Shown here in pieces: positions 12,401-24,500 of a DNA stretch of 64,000 bases. The notes under the pieces are model-generated. The model was given only the letters and a program-made list of their open reading frames with translations. It searched no databases and had not been told where the DNA came from. A program made the translations under genes and the position numbers. The DNA is from Strigamia acuminata (taxonomy: Eukaryota): positions 6,200,001 to 6,264,000 of the forward strand of contig OX442314.1 in assembly GCA_949358305.1 (NCBI GenBank). The letters run 5' to 3'. Every line of letters starts with the position of its first letter. Position 1 is the stretch's first letter.

Positions 12401-13097
12401 ATAATATTAGTGTAAGAATGTAGGTAGTGATAAATGCTTGTTTGTAGTTACCAAATCGAAATGTTGAGCATATTCCTATTGCACTGTCAGTTTCCGTCTG
12501 AACAACAGAAGTATTTGAATATCCCTATGGGCAAATATAGTATAAATTGTGATTTTTAACTGAATTTCTTTATTGTTTTTTTTAAATTTAAATTTTTACT
12601 TTCATTTTTACACTGTTGATGTCATCAGTATTGTTAGTTGCTTTCCAAAGTGTATCCATATCGAAAGTTGGGTTTTTAATTCTCATTAGTTCATACATCA
12701 AGTCATCGCATAAAATGGATCCTGATGTTTGTTTATTTGCTATACGAGTCTCTTCTAAAAGCCTATTCATTTTCTTTGTGTCTGTACTACAGACCATTAA
12801 GTCTGGTAAAGTAACATTTTCTGATCTACTCGTTACGTCGACAGCTGTAGGATAACTGAAGTAATGCATTATTCTGTCGTATGTCTGATATGTGAGCATG
12901 CACGTGCAAAATGTGAATAAAAGCAGCCAAAGGATGTTATGTTTGCTCCCCCAACCTTTCCTACTGTTTACGAAATCTTCCAATCCGATTATATCGCAGT
13001 TGGGTTTGTTGGTATCATCCTTCACTAAATGGTGAATTGTCAGACGCAGTTGTCTTTTCCCTCTTCTGTATCTGCACATCAAACTATTATTCTCCAT
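9489..13097 (-). CDS. DEG/ENaC family gene encoding two tandem channel domains (TM1-ECD-TM2-linker-TM1-ECD-TM2), ~10 exons, roughly 800 aa
   Basis: Domain 1: TM1 ILWLLLFTFCTCMLTYQ..YFSYPT..LPDLMVC and TM2 LLSDLGGNLGLFIGLSVIS. The same exon (11916-~11123) continues into a second TM1, IFVLVVAGFTLYCVHIRVNYYLDEP..FPSVTFC. The second TM2, FLSDFGSILSLGLGMSLLS, is in the last exon. Exons at about 13097-12600, 12523-12297, 12237-12145, 12094-11990, 11916-11123, 11060-11003, 10825-10740, 10417-10322, 10264-10155 and 9885-9489 join in phase with GT-AG. Confidence 0.85.
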
Positions 13098-14030
13098 TAT
13101 TTTGGTACCTTCCAAGCTCGCAGAGTGACTGAATGAGTTTGATCAAAGTGTTTGTTTGCTTGAGCAAACATGCAGAGGGATGGCCAAACTGAAAAACGTA
13201 ACAACAACATTAATTTTTTTAACAGTGGTTGTTTCATACGCCAGTAAAATCCATTAATCAACCTTTATGCATGTCTTTGGAAGCAATATGGATTATTCAC
13301 TACCAAAGACCAAATAATAGTATTGCCTTAAATACAGAAGAGGGAAGTAGCCAAACGTCCTAAGCTTTGCTCTTTTTCCAATTCATGACATGGGTCTCCA
13401 AAATTGTGCCAATTTACAAATATGTCAACAAATTCAACTAACGTCTACATAAATTGACATACGAGTTAACACAGAGTTAACACAAGAAGAACAATAGTTT
13501 TGATCAAGAGAACACACACCGGCACCAGTCAGCTCGGCTACCTGCCCAACTCACATAACTACTACGGTACATCTACTTTCCATCCGCTTATTCACAGAAA
13601 AACGTAACTATACTCAAAACCACCCCAACGTTGATCTATTTCACTGGTGTAGTGGTACAAAAAAGACGTCCAAAACACCAGAATTGTAATCGAACTCCAG
13701 ACATTGTGCTCGATTACCAACATTGTCAAAGGTGATGCTTTGACACCGAACTACTTTTCCGTGTAGTAGAACACAGTACACAGTTAGGCGTAAACCAGCT
13801 GAAATAAATCAACGTTGGAGTGGTTTTGAGTATATTTAAAGAATTAACCTGTTACTTTCTGTGTTCAGTGTATCTTTTCATGTCATCTTTATGACTCTTT
13901 ATGTTGTATTTGTCTTTTCTATTTTTTTTTGTCTGTTTATGTCTCTGGGAAGCAAACCCAGCTTTCATCCTTACCCGAAAACTGTTAGAAATTAACGGAG
14001 CTGACAATGCAATCATCGAGTTTCGCACTA

Positions 14031-15264
14031 CCGTTACAAGTCGGGTGAATGTGGCCGATTTTTTTAGGAAATTGTTGATAGTGCCTTCAATTTAATAACT
14101 ACAAAACTGTTAACTATGTGATTAGGTGGGTCTTAGGTAGAGTTACAATACCCATATCAAACACTTTGATTTTTTGTCACACATTTCCTGTTTTTTAAAA
14201 AAAACCATGGTGGCCACATTCACCAGCACTGTCGGGAGACATTGGCCACCATTCAGCTTCTTAGAAGGTTAATGTGGCCTGAAAAAATGTTTCAAAAAAA
14301 TTCTATGTACCAAAAATTAATTTTTAAAATTTTTTTTCAATTACTTGGGTTTAAAAACAGACAAAATTTGTCATTTTTTTAAAAATTATCACAGGTTTTA
14401 ATAAAAAATCATTACATATTTGTATAAAAAACGATCACAGATTTGTATAAAAAAATATTCACAGATTTTTTAAAAATTTTCACAGATTTTTTAAAAATTT
14501 TCACAGATTTTTTAAAAATTTTCACAGATTTTTTAAAAATTTTCACAGATTTTTTAAAAATTTTCACAGATTTTTTAAAAATTTTCAGATTTTTTAAAAA
14601 TTTTCAGATTTTTAGAAAATTATTACTGATTATGTTATTAGAGAGACAGCCAACTCAATTGTTGCTTTTTCGAGTTTTATTTCATCTTGCACCAAGTTTT
14701 GGTGTAATGTGTTGGCATTGTTAACTTACAATACATATTACATTATTTTGCCAAATTCATTTAATTAATTAGTAAAATGGCATAAACAAACCTCAATTGG
14801 GAGCTCATTATGGCAACATCATTGGCGCCGCAATATTGGATATGACTACTTCCGGTTGGGGTTGAATGTGGCCATGTGTGGCCACATTCAACTCCGAATG
14901 AGTGAGTTGTCTTTCTAACATCACTGTATCAAAACTATTAAAGTTAGCAGCATTATTATTTTTTTGTAACATTATAACACATTGAAGAATGAGTACTTAA
15001 AATTCCAATCAGCAATTAGCAATACTTTTTTCAGGCCTCATTTTTCACTAGTTTTACATGCAATGCTTAAATAATGTGTAGATTTTTTTAAATTGATCAC
15101 AAAAATGTGAAATATTTTTTTTAAGCAAGCTGAAACCATGATAGATTAATTAAAAATAACAACTAAATGATAAATGGCCCAGCAGAAAGTGAGGGATTTT
15201 TTTTCTACAAACTTCATTTTTGGCGACATTCACCTGCCGGCGCCACCTTCACCCGACTTTACGG
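14031..15264. mobile_element. Non-autonomous Tc1/mariner(pogo)-type TIR element
   Basis: TA|ccgttacaagtcgggtgaatgtggc ... gccaccttcacccgactttacgg|TA. No transposase ORF. Confidence 0.7.
14458..14615. repeat. 21-bp tandem repeat (ttcacagattttttaaaaatt)n inside the TIR element
   Basis: Direct reading; it gives the spurious KIFTDFL ORF. Confidence 0.9.
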
Positions 15265-15924
15265 TACAACTATTCGTGTCGTGACCGAATTTATTTCCAA
15301 CAAAAACAACACCACGGTGTTGTACATTCAATTTTTAAAAAATGCAATTTTAGAAACATTGTGAAGAAATTTGAATAGAATATCATTTCAGCTAGGCCTG
15401 TGCGATTATTTTTCCAAGCAAATATGAATACGATTACAGTATTCACTCGGCTGCGATCTGTCGCAAAAGCAATATATCGCATCAGAAAAGTGATCTCGTA
15501 AAGCTTCAAATTGACGTCTGGTTCATGTAGGGGCCAGGGTCAGTTTAAACGGCGGAGGGTCACGGGCAATAACTGTGAAAACTGGCGTTTAAGAGAGAGT
15601 GGGGATGTGTAAGATCGAGGGTGACAAGGCGGTGGCGAGAACGTAAGCCAACATTCAGCGGGAGTTTTGGGCGATATTGGATGACGCTGAATGAATCGGA
15701 AGTGTAGAATTTTTGTCATAAATTATCAGACATAACTCTTTGTTCCTTTGATTTTGTATTTCGAGACCTTAAAAGACACAATAAAATTGTCCTCGACCCA
15801 AACAGACATGCTTTATTTTCGCGAGACCAGAAAATCGATCAATCAGTAAATAAAATACGACTTCTGTCGTTTTTCAACACAAATACGATAAATATGACTT
15901 ACGAAAATTCAAACTATAAGCACT

Positions 15925-16655
15925 AGGCGCATTCGAAAAGTCATTAAAACGAGTGTAAACGTGTTTACACTCGTTTTCACACGACATTTACACGAATTAA
16001 TTCGTGTAAATGTCGTGTAAACTGGTTAAACGGAAACGGCCTGTACGCCACGTTTCCGTTTAAAATCTCCGTGCAACGAGTTTTCTCGTTGAAATCGGGT
16101 CTTGCTGGCAGCCATCTTGGATTTTCGTTAGATCGGTTGGAACGATGTCAATCGCAAGAACAATTTTTTAGCAGGTATTAGCCGCATTCTTGCGATCGAA
16201 TGCGGCCGATGTTCGACCGCATTTGTACGATCGAATACGGCCGACGTTCGGCCGACGTTCGGCCGCATTTGTACAATCGAATGCGGCCGACGTTCGGCCG
16301 ACGTTCGGCCGCGTTTGTGCGATCTAATGCGGCCGGTGTTCGGCCGCATTTGTGCGATTGAGGCGGATGTTCAGCCGATACCCGTTCGGAAATAAATATT
16401 AATAATACAAATAATTAAAATAAATTTACATTTTATAATCATGTTTTTATAATCTCCTGTTTTTTTTTTAGAGTAAACAACAACAATAATGACTATGGTT
16501 ATTATTTGGACTAATTTAATATTTACACTTGAATTTACACTACTGAATTTTACACAGAAATTTATTTTGAAACTCGAAAATTGGGTCGTTTAACTTGAAA
16601 TTTACACTACCAGTTGCACTGGTCGTTTAGTGCAAATTACTTTTCGAATGCGCCT
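15925..16655. mobile_element. Non-autonomous TIR element (AGGCGCATTCGAAAAGT termini, 3-bp TSD act)
   Basis: act|aggcgcattcgaaaagt ... acttttcgaatgcgcct|act. Internal gaatgcggccg repeats at 16190-16360. Appears related to 52867-55333. Confidence 0.75.
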
Positions 16656-17714
16656 ACTGTTGCAGTCCAGTGAAAAGCTAAACGTGTATAGTGCAAATTA
16701 TTCCGCAAGAAGATTGGCAAATTGTAAAAAGTACTCACACTTTAGGGCCTGTTCATTTGCAAAAACCCACTCATTTAGTAAGCAATGCATATTTCATATA
16801 AACACACTTCTGGTTTCTTCTGTGAATTTTACCTGCATGGCCCTGGCACTACGGTGTCCTGTAGAAATTGCACGGGGTTGCTTTAGGGCTGGCTTCTCTG
16901 CTTGGCACCCATTGGATCTGATTGCGATATCGGTCGAAAGATCTCGAATTTTGGGCTGATGACTTGAGCTTGGAATAAGACTGCAGTCTATCAAATTCTA
17001 AACTTGTTTGCTCCTTACACAGTACAGTTTTGTGTGCTACTATAGCTTGGCTCGGCTGACTAGCATCTGAATGCTACTGCTTTCTTTGGAATAAAAGTTT
17101 GTGAATTTTACGATGTTTTTTATTCGTAAAAAGGACATTAACATTAATCATTCATGAATTATCTTTCCGGTGTTTTAATAATCAATACTTCTGAGTGTTT
17201 ACGACATGCAAATAAATAAGATTACATCTTCCATGCAATTGACACAAATGCCAGGAGCGAGTGAGCAATATTTGTTCTATGCATGTTGTGACATAAAAAA
17301 ATACAACAGGACTTAAAATTATGTATTTTTATATGTAGTTATTAAATTTTCAGTAAAAAATTTGATAACTGTGAAGCTTCTACACACAGTAAAGAATCCT
17401 GTGTGTTGTAACTGTTTGTAACAATGTGAGAGAGAGGTGCATTTAAATATCAGAAAAATAGATTGTTTAGATCATTTATTTAACAAATTACTATTGTTGC
17501 GTGTGTGGTAATTGGCTGAGATGATCACCTGATCATTTTCACCTTAAAATAATATCGATTTTGCACAGTCTCTAGCTTTTAGTTGCTTTTAACATAAGAA
17601 ATAAAACGATAACGTGAATCAAACGTTTATTTTTCTTACACTAAAACACCTAAACTCTTCAAATCCTTTTTAAACAAAAATATAAAAAAAAAAAACTACA
17701 AACGACGGCGACAT

Positions 17715-18202
17715 TCATTGAAGTTCGTGATCAACAGTCCCCGATCCCATACCGGACAATTGGACATTAACCTACCAAAAATACAAAGAAATAAACGTTA
17801 AATTTAATCGAATGCGACGAATTAAGCGTGCGATCGTACAACTGCGTCATCCAATACGTGAATATCCTTGTTCAGAGCGGCCAGTTGGGAGTCCTTTTGA
17901 CCAAATTCGACGAAACCGAACCCCCTACTCATTCCCGTGCTTTTATCCTGAAATTTGAATTAAATTTGAATTATTTTTTTTGAGAAAATTCCATCGATTT
18001 TGTCACTCACGAAAAGGACATTTGCGCTCGTTACGGCTCCGAACTGCATAAAGTGTTCCCGAAGTTCTTCTGGAATTTAAAATAATTAATTAATATTATT
18101 TTGGGGGTTTTGGTTTTGGAAATTGGATTTAAAAAAATACTCACTCACGCCAACAGACCACGGTAAATTGTTTACGAAAATTCGATGCAAGCGGGAAGCC
18201 AT
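17715..18202 (-). CDS. SLIRP: SRA stem-loop-interacting RNA-binding protein, mitochondrial single-RRM protein (~93 aa, 4 exons)
   Basis: Exons 18202-18145, 18069-18011, 17947-17840 and 17771-17715 give MASRLHRIFVNNLPWSVGVKELREHFMQFGAVTSANVLFDKSTGMSRGFGFVEFGQKDSQLAALNKDIHVLDDAVVNVQ..., which matches the SLIRP pattern (LPW, EHF-QFG, FDK-TG-RG-G-V-F, H-LD) and size. Confidence 0.85.
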
Positions 18203-18585
18203 TTTGAAAAAAAGGTTATACCACAAGGAGCATGTGCGGCGAGTCGGGCTGTGGCTAGCTGATGGGATAGATAAAGTACAAATCTTCAATTTGTCTGACA
18301 TGACTAACCGATTTCTGTTTTGACGATTTATTTGCGATTTGTCCATCTATAGATAGTGAATTGTGGAAATTAAATTGATTAAAATTTAATTTTTACAACT
18401 TTTATGTTTTGTATTACAGTGTTTTACCATTATATTCGTTTATAACTATAAATAAATGATCGCTTATTTAGGTCTGGGCAAATCTAATGCTAAGAATAGT
18501 TCTCTCTGTAACCACACGTTGCTCTGACGAAATCGTCTTTCGGTAAAAACAGGACGACTCTCCACTCTACAGCAGTGCATCAGCA

Positions 18586-21500
18586 ATGGCGTCCATTCTC
18601 CGGTTCTCGAAGCATGCTCGTAGGTTTTCACAACTCGGTGTTGCAACTAGAAAAATATCATCGATCCAAAACAGCTTAACTAAAAATGGCCAACTTCCGC
18701 ACTACGAAAAACTTAAGCAAGTGCAAACTTGGTAAGAAAAAAAAAATAATAAATACATAAATAAAAACGAGTTTACGGCGCTCGGTTTAGGCCTAACGAA
18801 TTTCGCCGGTGAAACCGACGCGAAATCGCGAGAAAGCGCCGAAAAAATATGTGAAATCGCATAATCTTAATTAAAATATATGTTCACGTTGTTTCAATTT
18901 TTTTATTTAAATATTTCTTTGTAATTTATTTATTTTTATTTTTATTTTTTTTGGAATAGGTCGATGGCGGCGCGGAGTATTTCGGTTCAAAAAGTGCAAA
19001 CCGATTACCAAAGGGTCGACGAAGCATTGAATCGGTTGGATATGTTCGCACGACGAACGGGAAAAATTTCCATGCGAGCAGTGGAGCAATTGCTCGATGA
19101 TTTCAAGCAATTGGGTGAGATTTTGTTGAAAAAAATGAAGAAGTGCACAAAAAAATCGAATTTTGTTGAAAATCGATGTAAAAAAATGTTTAAAAAATTA
19201 AATTTTGTTAAAAAAAATGTTTAAAAAATTAAATTTTGTTTAAAAAAATGTTAAAAAAATCAAATTTTGTTAAAAAATTGCTAAAAAAAAATAAATTTGG
19301 TTAAAAAAAATGAAAACAATGTTCAAAAATCGAATTGTTGTTGATAAAAAGGTTCAATAATCGATTTATTTTGTTTTATTTTGTTTATTTAATAGGAAAA
19401 GTGAATCCCAATCATAGTCTGTTGGCAATCCACTGCTGCGGTAAATTATTATGCGACGAAACCTTCGAAACGAGGAAGAAAATCATGTCGGACATTTGGA
19501 ATTTTTTGGAGAAAAACGGTTGGCAAAAAATAAAAAATGTTTTAAATTGAATTTATTCATTTAAACATTTATATTGCAGATTGCACGCTGGATATCAGTC
19601 ATTACAACGCTTTAATTAAAGTGCATTTTGAGAACGAGCACAAATTCGACGCGACCGATTTTCTGGCAAAAATCGAATCCAAGCGATTAGCACCAAACAG
19701 GGTCACTTTTCAACGTCTCATTTCATGTTATTGCCAGCAGGGGGACATCGAAGGAGCCGGGTAACTCGATTTTATACATGAAATTCGATTTTTTTTTACT
19801 TTATAATTCGAGTTTTTAGTCTAAAATTCGATTTTTTTTACTGTAAAATTCGATTTTATACGGTAAAATCTTTTTTTTTACTGTAAAATTCGATTTTTCA
19901 CAGTAAAATTCGATTTTTCACAGTAAAATTCGATTTTTCACAGTAAAATTCGATTTTTCACAGTAAAATTCGATTTTTCACAGTAAAATTCGATTTTTCA
20001 CAGTAAAATTCGATTTTTCACAGTAAAATTCGATTTTTCACAGTAAAATTCGATTTTTCACAGTAAAATTCGATTTTTCACAGTAAAATTCGATTTTTCA
20101 CAATAAAATTCGATTTTTCACAGTAAAATTCGATTTTTCACAGTAAAATTCGATTTTTCACAGTAAAATTCGATTTTTCACAGTAAAATTCGATTTTTCA
20201 CAGTAAAATTCGATTTTTTACAATAATAAAATTCAACTTTCTTCGTTTTTTTTTCAACAGGAAAATCCTCGAACACATGAAGAAAGAGTCAATTCCGATA
20301 AACGAAGGCGTTTTTAACGCGTTAATTTTAGGCCATGCGAGAGCAAAGTACGAAAAAAATAAAAACCGACAAAAAAATCGATAAATTTCAATTTTTCCTC
20401 AAATTTTCAGCAACATGGAGGGCGCGAAAGGCGTTTTAGACGTGATGAGGACCGCCAAAGTGCAACCCAGCGTCGACACTTACGCCGCACTAATTAACGC
20501 GTACGCGGAAAAGGGGGACATGCAAAATATCTCGCAAGTACGATCGATTTATCGCCGTCTAGCGCCGTTATTTACGTTTTAAACGCGTTTTAGGTGTTCG
20601 AGGAGCTCGAAAAGGCCGACCTCTACTTGTCGGACGAACATTATTTGGATGTTATTTATTATTTAGCCAGGAATGGACACTCGAAACACGTGAAAGAGGT
20701 GAATTTTTGAGTTTTTTGGGTGAGAATTGTTTAAAATTTTTGTGTTGTTTTGTTTTTAGATAACCAAACGGTTGAGGAAGTTCGTCGGTTTTAACCAGGA
20801 CGCGTCGACGTGTATTTTGAAGTTGATTAATTGCGGACAGGACGAGGTGGCGCTGCAATTGCTGGACGAAATGCCCGGCGTGAGCTCGGACGATGGGAAA
20901 GTGAAGACTTCCGGTCACTTTGTGATTCGCCAGTTGGTCCGCAATGACTGGGTTGAGTGTTTGGATTTGATTTTGTTTTTTGGGTTTGGTTTTTTAATTT
21001 TTTTAATTTTTTTTTTAGGCGGTTGATAAAGTGTTGAAAGTTTGCAAGGATTTGAAGCAGACTGGGAAGAACACGAAGGGGATTGATACGGCGACGAATA
21101 GCGCGTTGCGGTTTGGAAGACCAGGTTGGGGATTGTTTGTGTTGGTGGGATTTGGTGTTTTGGTGGGGGATGAGGCGTGGAAAGTGTTTAACGTGTGGTG
21201 GAGAAATGTATTTTTGTATTAGTGATGCATTTTTTGGTCTAAAAAGTGGTTGATTGGTGTGAAAATAGATTTTTTGGTCTAAAAGGTTGTTGTTAGGTGT
21301 AGGAAAAATAGATTTTTCGGTTTATAAAATAGGTTTTTTGATCTCAAAAGTGGTTGATAGGTCTAAAAGTACAGTTTTTGGACTGAAAAATGGTTGAGAT
21401 GTTTAAAAAATTCGTTTTTCGGTCTAAAAAATACATTTTTCGGTCTAAAAAATACATTTTTCGGTCTAAAAAATACATTTTTCGGTCTAAAAAATACATT

Positions 21501-24500
21501 TTTCGGTCTAAAAAATACATTTTTCGGTCTAAAAAATACATTTTTCGGTCTAAAAAATACATTTTTCGGTCTAAAAAATACATTTTTCGGTCTAAAAAAT
21601 ACATTTTTCGACCTAAAAAATACATTTGTCGGTCTAATCTATATTTTTCGGTCTAAAAAACACATTTTTTGATCTCAAAAAGTGGGATGATAGGTCTAAA
21701 AAGTACATTTTTCGGTCTAAAAAATACATTTTTCGGTCTAAAAAATACATTTTTCGGTCTAAAAAATACATTTTTCGGTCTAAAAAATACATTTTTCGGT
21801 CTAAAAAATACATTTTTCGGTCTAAAAAATACATTTTTCGGTCTAAAAAATACATTTTTCGGTCTAAAAAATACATTTTTCGGTCTAAAAAATACATTTT
21901 TCGGTCTAAAAAATACATTTTTCGGTCTAAAAAATACATTTTTCGGTCTAAAAAATACATTTTTCGACCTAAAAAATACATTTTTCGGTCTAAAAAATAC
22001 GGAGTACATTTTTCGACCTAAAAAATACATTTGTCGGTCTAACCTATATTTTTCGGTCTAAAAAACACATTTTTTGATCTCAAAAAGTGGGATGATAGGT
22101 CTAAAAAGTACATTTTTCGATCTAAAAAGTGGTTCAAGGGGTTTTGAGGCGACAGGATGAGCGAGTTCGCTATAGTTTGACAATTAAGAGTGTATTTGTG
22201 GGGCGACTAATGGCATATTTTTATTTGTAAACACTAAAGTAAATATTAAGTTTGTTTTTGCTTGAACATTAGATCACGCGATCGCTTTCATAAAGGAGAT
22301 GAGAGACGAGGGACTGCCCGTACGCACTCATTATTTCTGGCCGATTTTGATCCACTTGAAGAAACAGAACCACGACGAGTCGAGTACTTAGAAACAAATT
22401 AAACATTTGGTTTTAAATTTTTCTTATTTATATATTATGTCCTAAATTCTTAGAATTGTACGACGTCATCAGAATGATGGTGGACTACGGCTGTCCGGCG
22501 AATTACGCGACATTTGTCGATTATTTTTATCCAAATATAAATACGGACAATTACGAACCAGTGGTCAACGAACTTAACGTAAGTTTGATGATTTTTGCAC
22601 GAAAATTGTTAATGAGAATGCCTTAATAATCTTTAAAGGGTTTGGGCTTCACGTTTGGAGCGATCGTGTGCCCTTTGATCGAGCATTACCTCAATCGCGG
22701 CCAATTGGACAATGCCATTGCATTAAGTAATGCAGGAATTTAAGTATTTAATGCTGATAATTAAAATAAAGTTGGTTTTATTTGTTTTAGCGAAAATCCA
22801 CAGCGTGCGTGTAAACGTGAATAAACTGTTTGGGCCATTGGCGCGCCTGTGCTTCGAGCCTAGCGACGCCACCGTCGATTCCGTGCTAAACGTTCGAATT
22901 TGATAGCGATTAATTATTCAATTACTGAAAATGACACGTTTCTAATTGCAGTTGTTGGAGTTGGTCAGAGATCGGAATTTAATGGAAACTCAAACTGGTA
23001 AAAAATTTAAATTTAAATAAAAAATTGGAAATTTTTTTATGATTTTGTACGTGAAAAATAGATGTTTTTGGCCAGTTTGCGCTGTCGTACGGCCGCTACG
23101 TCAACAGGAATGCGACGAAAATCGAATTTGTTTTGAAGAAAATGCAGTCACGAGTAAAAAATAGAAAAATAATTCAAAAATTGAATAATTTGAAATTCTT
23201 TTTTATAGAATTTGTGCATATCGCCCGAAATCAGCGAACTGATGCAAAAACAATTATTGTTGTCAAATAATAAAGCAATTAGTGAGGTATAAACATCGAT
23301 TTTTGCAATTTCAAATTTTTTAAATTACATTTTATTGTTTTTTGTTTAGTTGTTGAGGAAAATGACAATGGAAATTGACGGCGTCGACAGTCCGACGCCC
23401 CGACAGCCGGTAAAAAGGATTATTTAGACGAGTTATGAGGTTATAATGGCTTTAATTATTTTTTTAGCGCGAAATGAACGTGGAGGAAATGGAAAGACAC
23501 TTGACTGAAGCGAGAAAAAATGGCCTCAACACCAAGGGCATTCTTTCAAAGCTGCTCATGCATTATTGCCGAACCCACGTAAAAATATTGCAAAAATATT
23601 GTACAAATATTGATTGTTATGCACAAAATAATGCATTTTTGATGCGTAATTGAAAAAAATTGATTTTTTTGCTCAAAAAAATGCATTTATGGTGCGAAAT
23701 AGGCATTGTTACACGTAAAAATCATTGCTTTTTGGCCTAAAGAGAGAGAAATTTCGTTTTAAAGACAGCATTCATTTTCTTTTGTCAAAAAAAGTGCATT
23801 TCTGTTGCTAATTCGCCTTTTTCTGTTTGATCAAAACCAGAATGTCGAAAAGGTGGAAGAAATTAAAGCGGAATTGGATTCACTCGATTACGTCTATTCC
23901 GAGGGGATTTTGTGTCTGCTGATGAACCTGTACGCCAACTGCGACAAACTCGACGACGCCAAAGCCATTTGGCAACGCATGTACGTTGGATTAGTGAATT
24001 TAAATGATGAAATTGAATGTTTCGACCGTTAGAAAAGAAAATCACCCGGACGTTGCGATCGACGAACTCAAACTGGTGGATTTTGCAGCGGCGCTCATCA
24101 GGGCGGACGAAATCGACGGTAGAAATAATCGAGTTTATTTAAACATTTTTTTTTTAAATTACTTTTTTCACTTTTCTTCAGAGAGTTTGAAGTTTTTGGG
24201 TGAACAAGCCGTGACCAAGGTACCCGCTCGGAGGGACGCGCCCATTTTTCGGCTTTTGAACGCGGCCGCCGAGAAGGGAGACGCGCAGTTGACGCAAAAG
24301 TTGTTTGATGTAGTCGTGCAGCGTGGTTTGACCGAACCGAACAACGTGGTTTTGGGACCGTTGATCAAAGTGCACATTTTGAAGTAATTAAAATTAAATA
24401 CTTTTTAGTATTTTATTTTAATTTTAATGTTTTTCTTTTTCTCTTCAATAGAGGGGATTTGAAAGGCGCGGTGGAGAAGTTCACGGAGATCTGTCGGAAT

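Noticed and set aside
13620..13710. tRNA-like sequence (ggtgtagtggt A-box)
   Set aside because: No convincing B-box or cloverleaf.
21344..22061. Repetitive ORFs (RKMYFLD etc.) and a possible CRISPR-like array
   Set aside because: Head-to-tail intronic repeats with no unique spacers, in a eukaryotic context with no cas genes.
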